A stretch of DNA of 64,000 nucleotides, from the NCBI GenBank assembly GCA_022793655.1, contig JAAWDG010000001.1, forward strand, positions 59,252 to 123,251, given 5' to 3'. This document shows positions 17,467-26,312 of the stretch, piece by piece. The stretch is from Clostridiales bacterium (GTDB taxonomy: Bacteria > Bacillota > Clostridia > Oscillospirales > CAG-272). A model generated the notes under the pieces. It made no database searches. It saw nothing but the letters and a program-made list of their open reading frames with translations, and was not told the origin of the DNA. The translations under genes and the position numbers were made by a program. Positions within the stretch are counted from its first letter, which is position 1. Each line of letters begins with the position of its first letter.

Positions 17467-19272
17467 ATGAATAAGGAATATGATGTTGTTGTGATCGATA
17501 CCGGAGTTGAAAAAGCACATTCCAGATTGGCAAATCATGATATTGAATGCATAAAAATAACAAAAGTAACAGATGGGTTTATAGTGGAAGATTTGTCAGA
17601 TGGCGGAGATGATGTCGGACACGGGACAGCTGTATGTGATATAATAGCATCACATTATAAGGACGTTTCTATTCTTGTAATAAAAGCATTTGATAGCACA
17701 CTTAGTGCAGATGAATCATTGATAGTAGATGTTTTGTATTACATCTATGAAAATATCGCTTGTCGAATTATTAATATGAGTTTGGGGATTTCAATAGAAA
17801 GCGATAAATTGAAAGAAATATGTTATAATTTGGCTAATAAAGGGATTATACTTATAGCAGCATTTGATAATGATGGCTCTATAGCATATCCGGCGGCATT
17901 TGATAGTGTTATTGGAGTAACTTCATGTAACTATTGCACCAGAAATAATGATTATATTATTGTGAACGATCAAAGAGTAAACATCGGAGCTAAAGGGGGA
18001 CTTCAGAAAATAGCATGGAGCGCAAACAGTATATTAGTCGGAGTAGGAGATAGCTATGCTTGTGCACATGTTTCTGGAATAAGTGCAAATTTAATATCCC
18101 AAAGAACGGTTGAAAACAAAGAACAATTAATATGCGAACTAAAAGTACTGCAGGATGAAATCGAAAATAATAAAGTTAACGATCCTGTTCGTTGTAAAAC
18201 CCGGGTGGTCAATTTTAGCAAGGTGGCTTTATTCCCATTTAATAAAGAAATGCACGCTCTTGTTAGATTTTCGGATATGTTGCCATTTACAATTACAGGA
18301 ATTTATGATATAAAATATTCTCCTAATATAGGTGTAACGGCAGAACGACTTTTGAGGCTTAATTCTTCTTCGAAAACAACAATAAGAAATATAAACTCTA
18401 TCAATTGGGATGAAATTGATACATTAATTATTGGCCACACGCGGGATTTGTTTAACAATATTGTGAAGAATAATTCATTGCTCCATCTTTTATTATCTCA
18501 GGCTGAAACACTGAACAAAAATGTATTTTCATTTGATCAGATTCCTAAATCATTTGAGAATGTGCCCAATTTTGTTGCCCCGCCTATTTATAGGAATTAC
18601 GAACCTATTCCTTTTGGAAAACTATATCATATTTCCAAACCGGTTCTGGCTGTTTTTGGAACCGATTCTCAACAAGGTAAATTTTCTCTTCAGTTAGCTT
18701 TGAGAAAAAATCTTTTGTCTCGTGGTTATAAGGTTGGTCAATTAGGAACAGAACCAACAAGTTTTTTGTTTGAAATGGATGAATGTATTCATTTTGGATA
18801 CGATTCGGATTTGAACCCGGTTGGTTTTGAATTTGTGTCATTGGTAAACTCACTTTTAAATAATATATCTAGTCGAAACGTGGATATTATAATTACCGGT
18901 TGTCAATCGTCTACTTTATTGACTAATGAGGGAAATTTAGCATATTATCCTGTTCAACAGATTAATTTTTTATTAGGTACGCTTCCGGATGCTGTTATTT
19001 TGGTTGTCAATCCTGATGACCAAGAAAAGACAATTGATAGGACTATTTCATTTATAGAATCTTGTGTGGAAACAAAGGTTATTGCTATTGTTGTTTTCCC
19101 TATGGAAAAAAATCCTTCTAATAAAAATTTGATCAAAACGCATATTTCAGAAAATTCATATAGCAGCATTAAGAAATCAATGCAAAGTAGATACAATATA
19201 AACGTTTTTATCTTTGATGATGATAATGAAATAAACCAATTAACAGAATTGATTGAAGACTTTTTTGGATAA
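17467..19272 (+). CDS. S8 (subtilisin-like) serine peptidase fused to a roughly 350-aa C-terminal domain of unknown function
   Basis: Catalytic-triad contexts VVVIDTGV (Asp), VGHGTAV (His), NMSLG (oxyanion Asn) and GDSYACAHVSG (Ser). No signal peptide. The C-terminal half contains GTDSQQGKFS, reminiscent of DUF1611-type proteins. Confidence 0.8.
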   Translation: MNKEYDVVVIDTGVEKAHSRLANHDIECIKITKVTDGFIVEDLSDGGDDVGHGTAVCDIIASHYKDVSILVIKAFDSTLSADESLIVDVLYYIYENIACRIINMSLGISIESDKLKEICYNLANKGIILIAAFDNDGSIAYPAAFDSVIGVTSCNYCTRNNDYIIVNDQRVNIGAKGGLQKIAWSANSILVGVGDSYACAHVSGISANLISQRTVENKEQLICELKVLQDEIENNKVNDPVRCKTRVVNFSKVALFPFNKEMHALVRFSDMLPFTITGIYDIKYSPNIGVTAERLLRLNSSSKTTIRNINSINWDEIDTLIIGHTRDLFNNIVKNNSLLHLLLSQAETLNKNVFSFDQIPKSFENVPNFVAPPIYRNYEPIPFGKLYHISKPVLAVFGTDSQQGKFSLQLALRKNLLSRGYKVGQLGTEPTSFLFEMDECIHFGYDSDLNPVGFEFVSLVNSLLNNISSRNVDIIITGCQSSTLLTNEGNLAYYPVQQINFLLGTLPDAVILVVNPDDQEKTIDRTISFIESCVETKVIAIVVFPMEKNPSNKNLIKTHISENSYSSIKKSMQSRYNINVFIFDDDNEINQLTELIEDFFG

Positions 19273-19323
19273 TTCCATTTGATGTTTTAAGTTATTAATC
19301 AATATTTTTTTGGGGAGTCAAAA

Positions 19324-20352
19324 ATGAAAAAGTTACTTTCAATTGAGTATAAACATCTCGTCGATGTGACAGAATGCTGGACGCTTGAAAAATTGTCAAT
19401 TATACAGGCCTCTCCCTTTTCAGAAGATTGGCTTGCTTCACATCTGAATATTATTATGCATTCTGATTACTCGGTGAGTTTTGGAGATTCATATTATAAA
19501 TATTCACCAGCTTATTTTGATGATATTTTGCACGCCAAAGTTATAGATTATTTTCAGAATCAAAATGTGTTAGATATTATTATTGACAATATAAATCAAG
19601 GGAGATATGTCAAGTTTTTTCGATGGTTAATATATGGTTACAATATTGATGAAAAAATAGTTTATGTCTTATTTGAAAAGACTACTCCTGAGGAAAATAT
19701 CATTACTTTTGATGAAGTAGAGACAAGATTTAGAGGGTTTATAAAAGAATTTGGTAAAGAGGACTTATCGAATAGAGATATTAATGCTCGCTTATATGTA
19801 GCAAAACACTTTCAATATCCATTTGTTACTTATGCGATTCGAAAAGATTATTCTGTTGACAATTGCCCATATTCTGCATTAACTAAAATTGACCGAGAAA
19901 TATGGGGGAATAGATTACAGATTACAGGGTGGGATGATACCAATCCTGAGAAAGTTACAATGGTCTATGATGGGATTGCCTGTTTACAAGGTTTGAAAAA
20001 ACAGGTGTTTGCATACACGATGGGCGACACTGCTAATGTTTCGCGATTGGCCCAAACAATAAAGAAGTTACATGAGCATCGATGCCTGTTGCTATTATCT
20101 CTAAATTATATTCGAAAAAAGTGGAAGATAGAGTTAGATTCATGCGATGAATGTATAAAAACATACAGTGCTTGCTGCAATATAGTTGAGCGGTGGTGTC
20201 TTTTAGCTTTAAAATACGAAGCGATATCAGAACCACGGTTGTTGCAAAAAATTCATGATGCAATTGATAAGCAGTTAGAACAAGAAAAACATGCTCTTTT
20301 AGAATTCCGAAAAATAGCCTATGGTTGGTATAACGAACAGAATCTTATTTAA
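19324..20352 (+). CDS. hypothetical 342-aa protein, last gene of the island operon
   Basis: GGGGAG RBS and a long AT-rich ORF co-directional with the cluster. No family recognised by eye. Confidence 0.7.
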   Translation: MKKLLSIEYKHLVDVTECWTLEKLSIIQASPFSEDWLASHLNIIMHSDYSVSFGDSYYKYSPAYFDDILHAKVIDYFQNQNVLDIIIDNINQGRYVKFFRWLIYGYNIDEKIVYVLFEKTTPEENIITFDEVETRFRGFIKEFGKEDLSNRDINARLYVAKHFQYPFVTYAIRKDYSVDNCPYSALTKIDREIWGNRLQITGWDDTNPEKVTMVYDGIACLQGLKKQVFAYTMGDTANVSRLAQTIKKLHEHRCLLLLSLNYIRKKWKIELDSCDECIKTYSACCNIVERWCLLALKYEAISEPRLLQKIHDAIDKQLEQEKHALLEFRKIAYGWYNEQNLI

Positions 20353-20523
20353 TAGTAACATCTTGGGTGTTCGATAATAGATTATTTCAAATCATGTATG
20401 TACACGGCGTGGCATGTGTACCTCACCCAATAAAGCATCATTTGTCGTATGGACTTAAACAAAATCTATTAAAAGCCTTGACACGTGACGATTTTGAGTT
20501 CTGCTGTCGTTTCCTGACATCCA

Positions 20524-20568
20524 CTCCAAAACCGCGTGTCCAGAGTTCGAGTCTTTGTGCCCCTGCCA
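20524..20568 (+). repeat. displaced 3' half of tRNA-Trp (att-like direct repeat)
   Basis: Identical to 11011-11055. No 5' half of a tRNA precedes it. A hairpin terminator follows. Confidence 0.85.
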
Positions 20569-20573
20569 TTAAG

Positions 20574-20610
20574 AAAATCCTTGAAACATCTTGCTTCAAG
20601 GATTTTTTCT
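20574..20610 (+). terminator. rho-independent terminator immediately after the displaced tRNA 3' half
   Basis: aaaatccttgaa / ttcaaggatttt stem followed by a T-run. Probably the original tRNA-Trp terminator. Confidence 0.65.
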
Positions 20611-20776
20611 GTCCTAAATCGGCGTAAAACGGGCTGGGTTGACCATACGCCTAATTAGGCCAAGGCCGGTCCAACCGAATGAAGGTCTTTGTTTGCTGCA
20701 TTAGGCAGATAGCATAGGCGGTCTTTTCATATAGACGCAATCCTGCGATTGTTGTCTTGTTGTTTCGGCGTCTGCC

Positions 20777-22204
20777 TTAATTAACTGTTTCTGTTTCCAT
20801 AAAATCGCCAAAGGTTAGGACTAAGGGATAATCTTTGATTGGAATATTATGGATGGTTAATTTGCCGTCGGACCGATTTTCCAATATACTTTCCGGCAGT
20901 TCATATACGGTGCCGTCAAGCAAGTCGACAAGTCTCACTTGCCCTGCAAGCGACGCGGTGTAAAAGGTAACGGTCGATTCAAAGTCAGTGGTCAAGAGGG
21001 GGGTGCTGTTCCAGTATACATAAGCCGCGGAACCGTTTTCGCGCTGAAAGCCGGCCTCTATAATGGAAGCGTCGTTGCAGTCCATGCCGAATAGTCTTTC
21101 GGATCCCTCTTGCCAGCGGATGATCGGCAAATCGGCCTTGTGGAAATCACCGGCAAATATGGAGGCTAATGCCTGCAGCGCATAGTATGAAGGCTTTGGC
21201 GTATAGCTGCCAACCGAATGCCCCTCGGCGTCAAAATCGGCACCCAAAACGCCGAAATAGCCGTAGTCCAAATAACTGGCGAGGTCGCCCACCGTACCAT
21301 GGAGCGCTTCGATCATATCCACACAGGAAAAATAAGAGGTGAATTTCACCTCGGCCATCAAGTCGGCCATGAGGTGGCGCAGCAGTTGCTTGGCTTGTTT
21401 ATAAGGGGTCCATGCGCCGCCGCACAGTGCGCCCATGCCGTCGCTTCTTGATTGAGAGCCTGATTCACCCTGTATAATCTCGATTTGCGCATTAAACTGA
21501 TTGCATAGCCCGCGCAGCGCTGTGACACGGCGAAATACTGCGGTTTCATCAACGGTATATTCATGATAAGACAACGCGTCTATGTATTGGCCCATGCCTA
21601 CGCTGAATGCATCATAGGCAAAATCAAGCGGCTTTGCGATTGCAAGCGAGCCGCCGATGATTTTGGCGCCGCTGTCTCCTTTTCTCAAAGCGATTGCCGT
21701 GTCAATCACAAACTGGCCGTATTCTTTGCCGCTTGGACCGTGTTTCCAGCACCATTTTCCGTCCGGTTCGTTCCATATCTCGTAGTACGAGACCCGCCCT
21801 TTCATATGCGCCGCAAGCGCTGTCATATAATCGGCCCATGCTTTTTTCATTGTCTCGTCTTTTACGGGCGGGCAGCCAACCGCGCCGAAAAACTTTGCGG
21901 CCTCTTCATCATAAAGGCCGTTTCCGTAAACGGTGTTGATCCATGGAATCAGCCCCCTGTCTAAAAGGTTATTGACAATACTGTCAATCCACGAAAAATC
22001 ATATACGCCCTTTTCTTTTTCGGTTCTTGCCCAGCCGCTTTGAATACGCACCCATTTTACCCCAAGTGCGGCCAGTTTGTCATAGGCGTTTTCGGGATTA
22101 AACACATCCCTGTCTAATTTCTCAAACCCGATGCCTAACCGCGAGGTTTTGACTTCAGCCGCGTTTTTGGGTTTTACTTTGCCTGCTCGAATCAATCGTT
22201 CCAT
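20777..22204 (-). CDS. clan GH-A (TIM-barrel) glycoside hydrolase
   Basis: YYEIWNEPD acid/base motif and a (beta/alpha)8-like periodicity. The start is moved to ATG 22204 (MERLIRAG), which has a GAGAGGAA RBS. The track start at 22249 has none. The GH family was not determined. Confidence 0.75.
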   Translation of the reverse strand: MERLIRAGKVKPKNAAEVKTSRLGIGFEKLDRDVFNPENAYDKLAALGVKWVRIQSGWARTEKEKGVYDFSWIDSIVNNLLDRGLIPWINTVYGNGLYDEEAAKFFGAVGCPPVKDETMKKAWADYMTALAAHMKGRVSYYEIWNEPDGKWCWKHGPSGKEYGQFVIDTAIALRKGDSGAKIIGGSLAIAKPLDFAYDAFSVGMGQYIDALSYHEYTVDETAVFRRVTALRGLCNQFNAQIEIIQGESGSQSRSDGMGALCGGAWTPYKQAKQLLRHLMADLMAEVKFTSYFSCVDMIEALHGTVGDLASYLDYGYFGVLGADFDAEGHSVGSYTPKPSYYALQALASIFAGDFHKADLPIIRWQEGSERLFGMDCNDASIIEAGFQRENGSAAYVYWNSTPLLTTDFESTVTFYTASLAGQVRLVDLLDGTVYELPESILENRSDGKLTIHNIPIKDYPLVLTFGDFMETETVN

Positions 22205-22407
22205 GTTGGTTTCCTCTCTTGTTCTTTGCTTATCATTTTTCGCTGCCATTGGCTCGCTAGGTGATGGTCTTAACTTTCTCTCATCATACCATAAAAAAGC
22301 AGGGACTACAATTGATTCTTCTGTTTTTTTGTTTCTTTTTCACCTATGCCAAAACCTTTTCATAGTATTTAATAAGAAAAACATAGGTAAGGCGGAGGAA
22401 AAGATTG

Positions 22408-24183
22408 ATGAGCGACAGGAAAAAAGCCGAAAAGAACTTGCTTGATTATGTAAAGACGAATGTCCGTTCATTTGATGAGATTCCGTTTAACAACGCAGAT
22501 GGATTGGTCTTTACACAGGTGGCCAACATGCGCTTGGAAAACAGCGGCATCGATATAGGAGCGGGAGAGGCAAAGCCGTTTGTAACACTTTATCAGGATA
22601 TGCAGGATGGGTTAGGGCACGCCGCCGCGAAACGGTCGTTTTACGCCATGACAAAAGACAACCGAGAGCTGCTGCAAGCCTTGGCCGAAAGTCCGCGCTT
22701 TCGCGGGGTGATGGTTGGTAATTTTGTGGAAAATCCGGCAAGTCAGGGCGTCGCTGGCTTTACGGCACTGAATGAAGAGACGGCGATTGAACAATTTGCG
22801 GCGGTCACAATGACCTATGTGCAAAAAGACCAGCCGGTGCATTTTATGGCATTTCGCGCGACGGATGGTTCAGCAGACGGTTGGACAGAGGATCTGTTGC
22901 TGTTGGCCAGCGATGGCACACAATCGCAGGAGGACAGCAAAAATTATATGAATTTGGTGGGCGAAAAACTCGACGGTCCGCTTTGCGGCGGCGGACATTC
23001 TAAGGGTGGCAATAATTTTGAATATGGCTATTTGTTTTGTAATGACCCGATTCGGCGCCGCATAGAGACCGGTTATCTGTATGATAGCCCTGGTTTATAT
23101 AAGGGTGTGATTGACCAGTCACTGTATGATTCGCTTTTTCAACAAGTCATTCATGGGCATTTTTTGTGTCCGCAGGACGCCATCATTGGTTTATTGCTGC
23201 ACGAGAACCAAAATGCGGCATTTATACACAGCGTCGAGACAGGCCTTGGCGAGCATGATCCGTATAGTTGGGAGGTAGATCCGCAAACCGGCGATTTTCG
23301 CCCGGGCGAGCAGTCTATGCTCTCTAAATATATGAACGAGGCGTTAGATCGATCTGTCAACAAAATGACAGCGACCGAGCGAGAGGCGCTGTATGGGTTT
23401 GCCTATTACATTATGCAAAGTTACGGCGACACCGAGGCCGACGGTGGCATCGGCAAAATTGTTCGCTTGTTTACCCATGGCTGGCATACAGAAGATGGCC
23501 GCCTGCGGCTTGCTAAATTGGGAGAAATTTGGCAGGTGTTCGCTGATGATTGGAACAGTATGTCGAACGAGAAGCAGGCCTTCTTTTTGGACTCGCTTGG
23601 CTGTATCTTAACCTCTTTTGCCGCAGTATCTTTTGAATACGCTTGGGATGCCGCCGGGGCATGGGTGGAAGAAAAGAAAGCGAAGCTAAGGGCGGCTCTT
23701 GATGCGGCCGTACAGCAGGTAGGCCGTTGGGTAAGTCAAAAGCAAGAGGCCTGCAAACAGGTTTTGCTGTCTGCCTATGACGCTTTTGAAGAGCAACTCG
23801 GCCGATTCATCGGCTTATGCCGCGGGCCGGCGTGCACAGAGTCGGAGAGCGAACCCGCCGTCACACCTGATGCGGCCGTGGCGGTAGCGGCCCCTGCGCC
23901 AGTGCAGCCAGCGCCAAGGGAGAGGGAGCCGGCCAAAGCAGACGCGCAGGATTTGCGCCGGTATGTTTCACGGCTAAGGCGGGTAAGCCGTACTATCGCG
24001 TTATTGGATGTCGAGATGGACGCGCTCATGGCCGCTGCCAATGACAACGAAAACATACAGCGCGGCCGGCCGCCATCTCTCTTGATCCGCAGCTGGCAGG
24101 TGGGCCAGTGTACCGAATGGTTAAACGAGACGGCCGGCAAGATGGAAGCCGAGGCGTATAGGGGAAGGGAGGCATCCTTGTAA
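22408..24183 (+). CDS. alpha/beta-hydrolase-like protein (DUF2974/Mbeg1-like) with a Pro/Ala-rich and helical C-terminal extension
   Basis: The GGHSKGGN nucleophile-elbow-type motif resembles what I recall of the DUF2974 family. GGAGG RBS precedes ATG 22408. Confidence 0.65.
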   Translation: MSDRKKAEKNLLDYVKTNVRSFDEIPFNNADGLVFTQVANMRLENSGIDIGAGEAKPFVTLYQDMQDGLGHAAAKRSFYAMTKDNRELLQALAESPRFRGVMVGNFVENPASQGVAGFTALNEETAIEQFAAVTMTYVQKDQPVHFMAFRATDGSADGWTEDLLLLASDGTQSQEDSKNYMNLVGEKLDGPLCGGGHSKGGNNFEYGYLFCNDPIRRRIETGYLYDSPGLYKGVIDQSLYDSLFQQVIHGHFLCPQDAIIGLLLHENQNAAFIHSVETGLGEHDPYSWEVDPQTGDFRPGEQSMLSKYMNEALDRSVNKMTATEREALYGFAYYIMQSYGDTEADGGIGKIVRLFTHGWHTEDGRLRLAKLGEIWQVFADDWNSMSNEKQAFFLDSLGCILTSFAAVSFEYAWDAAGAWVEEKKAKLRAALDAAVQQVGRWVSQKQEACKQVLLSAYDAFEEQLGRFIGLCRGPACTESESEPAVTPDAAVAVAAPAPVQPAPREREPAKADAQDLRRYVSRLRRVSRTIALLDVEMDALMAAANDNENIQRGRPPSLLIRSWQVGQCTEWLNETAGKMEAEAYRGREASL

Positions 24184-24383
24184 TGGCGGATGGCAAAGAG
24201 AAATGGCGCTGGATCGAAAAGGAACTACAGGGCGTAATTGATGAGCTAACGACGATCGCGCAAGCCCTGATGGCAGGGGAGGTTGGGGCGGAACATGCGG
24301 CGCATGCGGCCGCATTAAGCGACGCTGCCGACTGGTATAAAGAGATTTTAGCCTTGTTCCAAGCGACAGAAAAGGGAGAATGA
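24183..24383 (+). CDS. hypothetical 66-aa helical protein, translationally coupled
   Basis: Its ATG overlaps the upstream stop (TAATG at 24181-24185). The composition is amphipathic and helical. Confidence 0.5.
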   Translation: MADGKEKWRWIEKELQGVIDELTTIAQALMAGEVGAEHAAHAAALSDAADWYKEILALFQATEKGE

Positions 24384-24454
24384 AAAAGCGCTTATCAAGC
24401 GGGAAACGCTCGATAAGCGCTTTATAAACTTTTGGGCAGGCAATTTCCATAAAG

Positions 24455-24640
24455 ATAGTTTTTTCTTTCAGCAGAAAACGGCTTTTCCGTTTTCTGCGGG
24501 TTTCAACCCCCGTACCGGTTGCCTCTGTATAGAGAAAACGAAAATAATAAGATAAACCCCCGTTAAAACGTAGATGTTACCATAAATTATAGTTTTTTCT
24601 TTTGTTGCAGGGGCGCGGGGCAGAGCCCTGCATAAAGAAA
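24455..24640. repeat. two copies of the short hairpin unit (tagttttttctttcagcag...)
   Basis: Shares ...aaacgtagatgttaccataaattatagttttttctttNNgcagggg... with 7575-7640, 29700-29790 and (reverse complement) 33965-34075 and 34160-34250. Confidence 0.7.
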
Positions 24641-24644
24641 AAAA

Positions 24645-25139
24645 CTATATGTTTGTTTTCTTCTGTGCGAGTTCCCGCGCTTCTTTGCCGGTGATATGAT
24701 CAATGGCGATTTCCACCATGGTGGTACGCGCATAGAGTTTATCCATCTCTTGCTGCCGGCCCGCCGGGTCGTCGGGTGAAAAGCGGGCGGCAAGCAGGGA
24801 AAGAGCGGCACGCTTTTCGGCGTCATCCCGCAAAACACGGGCGGTGCCGAACAGAATGACACTGCGATAATAGGTGGTGTATTCCTGCGGTTTCACGTTG
24901 TCCTCGGCAATTACACAAAAAGACACCTTGGGATTTTTCGCAATCGCGTCTAACTTATGGCCCTCGGCCGCACAGTGGAAATAAATTTTATGATCTTGGT
25001 ATACATAGCTAAGCGGCACCGCATAAGGATAGGCCCCGTCATCGGTGAGCGCCAAAACGCCGGAGGTTGCTTTTTCTAATAGTTTAACACATTCTTCGGG
25101 CGAGAGCTGCTGCCCTTTGCGACGCATTGTTCTAAACAT
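24645..25139 (-). CDS. pyridoxamine 5'-phosphate oxidase-family flavoprotein
   Basis: GAAAGGAA RBS precedes ATG 25139 (MFRTMRRKGQQLS...). The split-barrel pattern LALTDDGAYPYAVPLSYVY...IYFHCA is typical of this family. Confidence 0.75.
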   Translation of the reverse strand: MFRTMRRKGQQLSPEECVKLLEKATSGVLALTDDGAYPYAVPLSYVYQDHKIYFHCAAEGHKLDAIAKNPKVSFCVIAEDNVKPQEYTTYYRSVILFGTARVLRDDAEKRAALSLLAARFSPDDPAGRQQEMDKLYARTTMVEIAIDHITGKEARELAQKKTNI

Positions 25140-25335
25140 TCTGTTTTTCCTTTCTATGTAGTTCGTCTTGTTTTTTGGGGTAAACATAAGACCATCTCTG
25201 ACGGGATAATATTAAAGATTATCCTTTGCGGGGCAGTCTTACAGAATCGCCCCCAGGAGAGATTTGAAAGTTTGTCTTGTTCTCATTCGGGGCGATATTC
25301 CGGCCAAGCCGGCTGTTGGACGATAATTTTTATTA

Positions 25336-25370
25336 AAAATAAAATGCGGCATTACATCCGCATTTTATTT
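25336..25370 (-). terminator. terminator of the metY-metA operon
   Basis: aaaatgcgg / ccgcatttt stem flanked by A and T runs, just after the metA stop. Confidence 0.6.
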
Positions 25371-25376
25371 GAGTCA

Positions 25377-26297
25377 TTAATCGTCAATCTCGCTAAGATC
25401 ATAAGGCGTGCTTTGATAAACAAAATAGTTGAGCCAGTTGGAATAAAGCAAATGAGCGCTGGAACGCCAGGTGCTTGCCGGCGATTTTTTAGGATCGTTA
25501 TCCGGAAAGTAGTTGACCGGCAGTTTGGTGGGCAACCCCGCCTCTTTATCGCGCTCGTACTCCCGCTTTAATGTGTCGGTGTCATATTCCGAGTGGCCGG
25601 TTAAAAAGATCTGCCGGCCCTTTTCGGTGGCTATCGCATACACCCCGGCCTCCTCGCTGGAGGCAAGGATTTTGAGGGCGGGGACTGCTTCAACATCGGC
25701 CCGGTTTAGAGTCGTGTGCCGGGAATGGGGCACCATGAAGGTATCGTCAAAACCGCGAAAAAGCATAGAGCCCTTGTGCTCCACCTGATGGGCAAACACG
25801 CCGAACATTTTCTCGGGCAAAGGTATTTTCTCAATGCCGTAGTGATAGTAAAGCGCCGCCTGTGCGCCCCAGCAGATGTGCAGCGTACTGGTGACATTCT
25901 TTTTGCTCCACGCCATGATTTGGCATAACTCCTGCCAATATTCCACCTGTTCAAACGGCAAATGCTCAATCGGCGCACCGGTGATGATCATGCCGTCAAA
26001 CTTGTTTTCTTTGATCTCGTCAAAGGTTTTATAGAAGGTCAGCATATGCTCTTCCGAGGTGTTTTTGGAAACATGACTGGCCGTTTTGAGCAGTTCTAAC
26101 TCCACCTGAATGGGCGTGTTGCCGAGCAGCCTTGCTAACTGGGTTTCGGTGGTGATTTTGGTGGGCATCAGGTTTAACAATAACAGCTTTAAGGGTCTGA
26201 TATCCTGGGTCAGCGCCCTTGTTTCGGGAATGACAAAGATGTTTTCCTGGTGCAGGGTTTGAATGGCCGGCAGTCCGTTGGGAATTTTTATCGGCAT
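25377..26297 (-). CDS. metA: homoserine O-acyltransferase (MetA family)
   Basis: [22 protein letters not shown]... is a canonical MetA N-terminus. 306 aa. GGAGGAAG RBS. Confidence 0.92.
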   Translation of the reverse strand: MPIKIPNGLPAIQTLHQENIFVIPETRALTQDIRPLKLLLLNLMPTKITTETQLARLLGNTPIQVELELLKTASHVSKNTSEEHMLTFYKTFDEIKENKFDGMIITGAPIEHLPFEQVEYWQELCQIMAWSKKNVTSTLHICWGAQAALYYHYGIEKIPLPEKMFGVFAHQVEHKGSMLFRGFDDTFMVPHSRHTTLNRADVEAVPALKILASSEEAGVYAIATEKGRQIFLTGHSEYDTDTLKREYERDKEAGLPTKLPVNYFPDNDPKKSPASTWRSSAHLLYSNWLNYFVYQSTPYDLSEIDD

Positions 26298-26312
26298 AGG
26301 CTTCCTCCTGCT

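Larger units (their letters stand above)
11011..20568. mobile_element. tRNA-Trp-associated genomic island (integrase-less) carrying a RiPP-type cluster
   Basis: An exact 45-nt direct repeat (ctccaaaaccgcgtgtccagagttcgagtctttgtgcccctgcca) occurs at 11011-11055, the tRNA 3' half, and at 20524-20568. DNA from about 11330 to 20520 is markedly AT-rich relative to the flanks. Confidence 0.7.

Noticed and set aside
20367-20627. 86-aa ORF at the right end of the island.
   Set aside because: It reads straight through the displaced tRNA 3' half and the terminator hairpin, and it has no RBS.
25140-25335. Possible riboswitch in the roughly 190-nt region upstream of the PNPOx-family gene (GGGGCGATTCTGTAAGACTGCCCC hairpin).
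   Set aside because: Only one modest hairpin is present, and nothing resembles the FMN, THF, preQ1 or other riboswitch cores I know. Support is insufficient without a covariance-model search.
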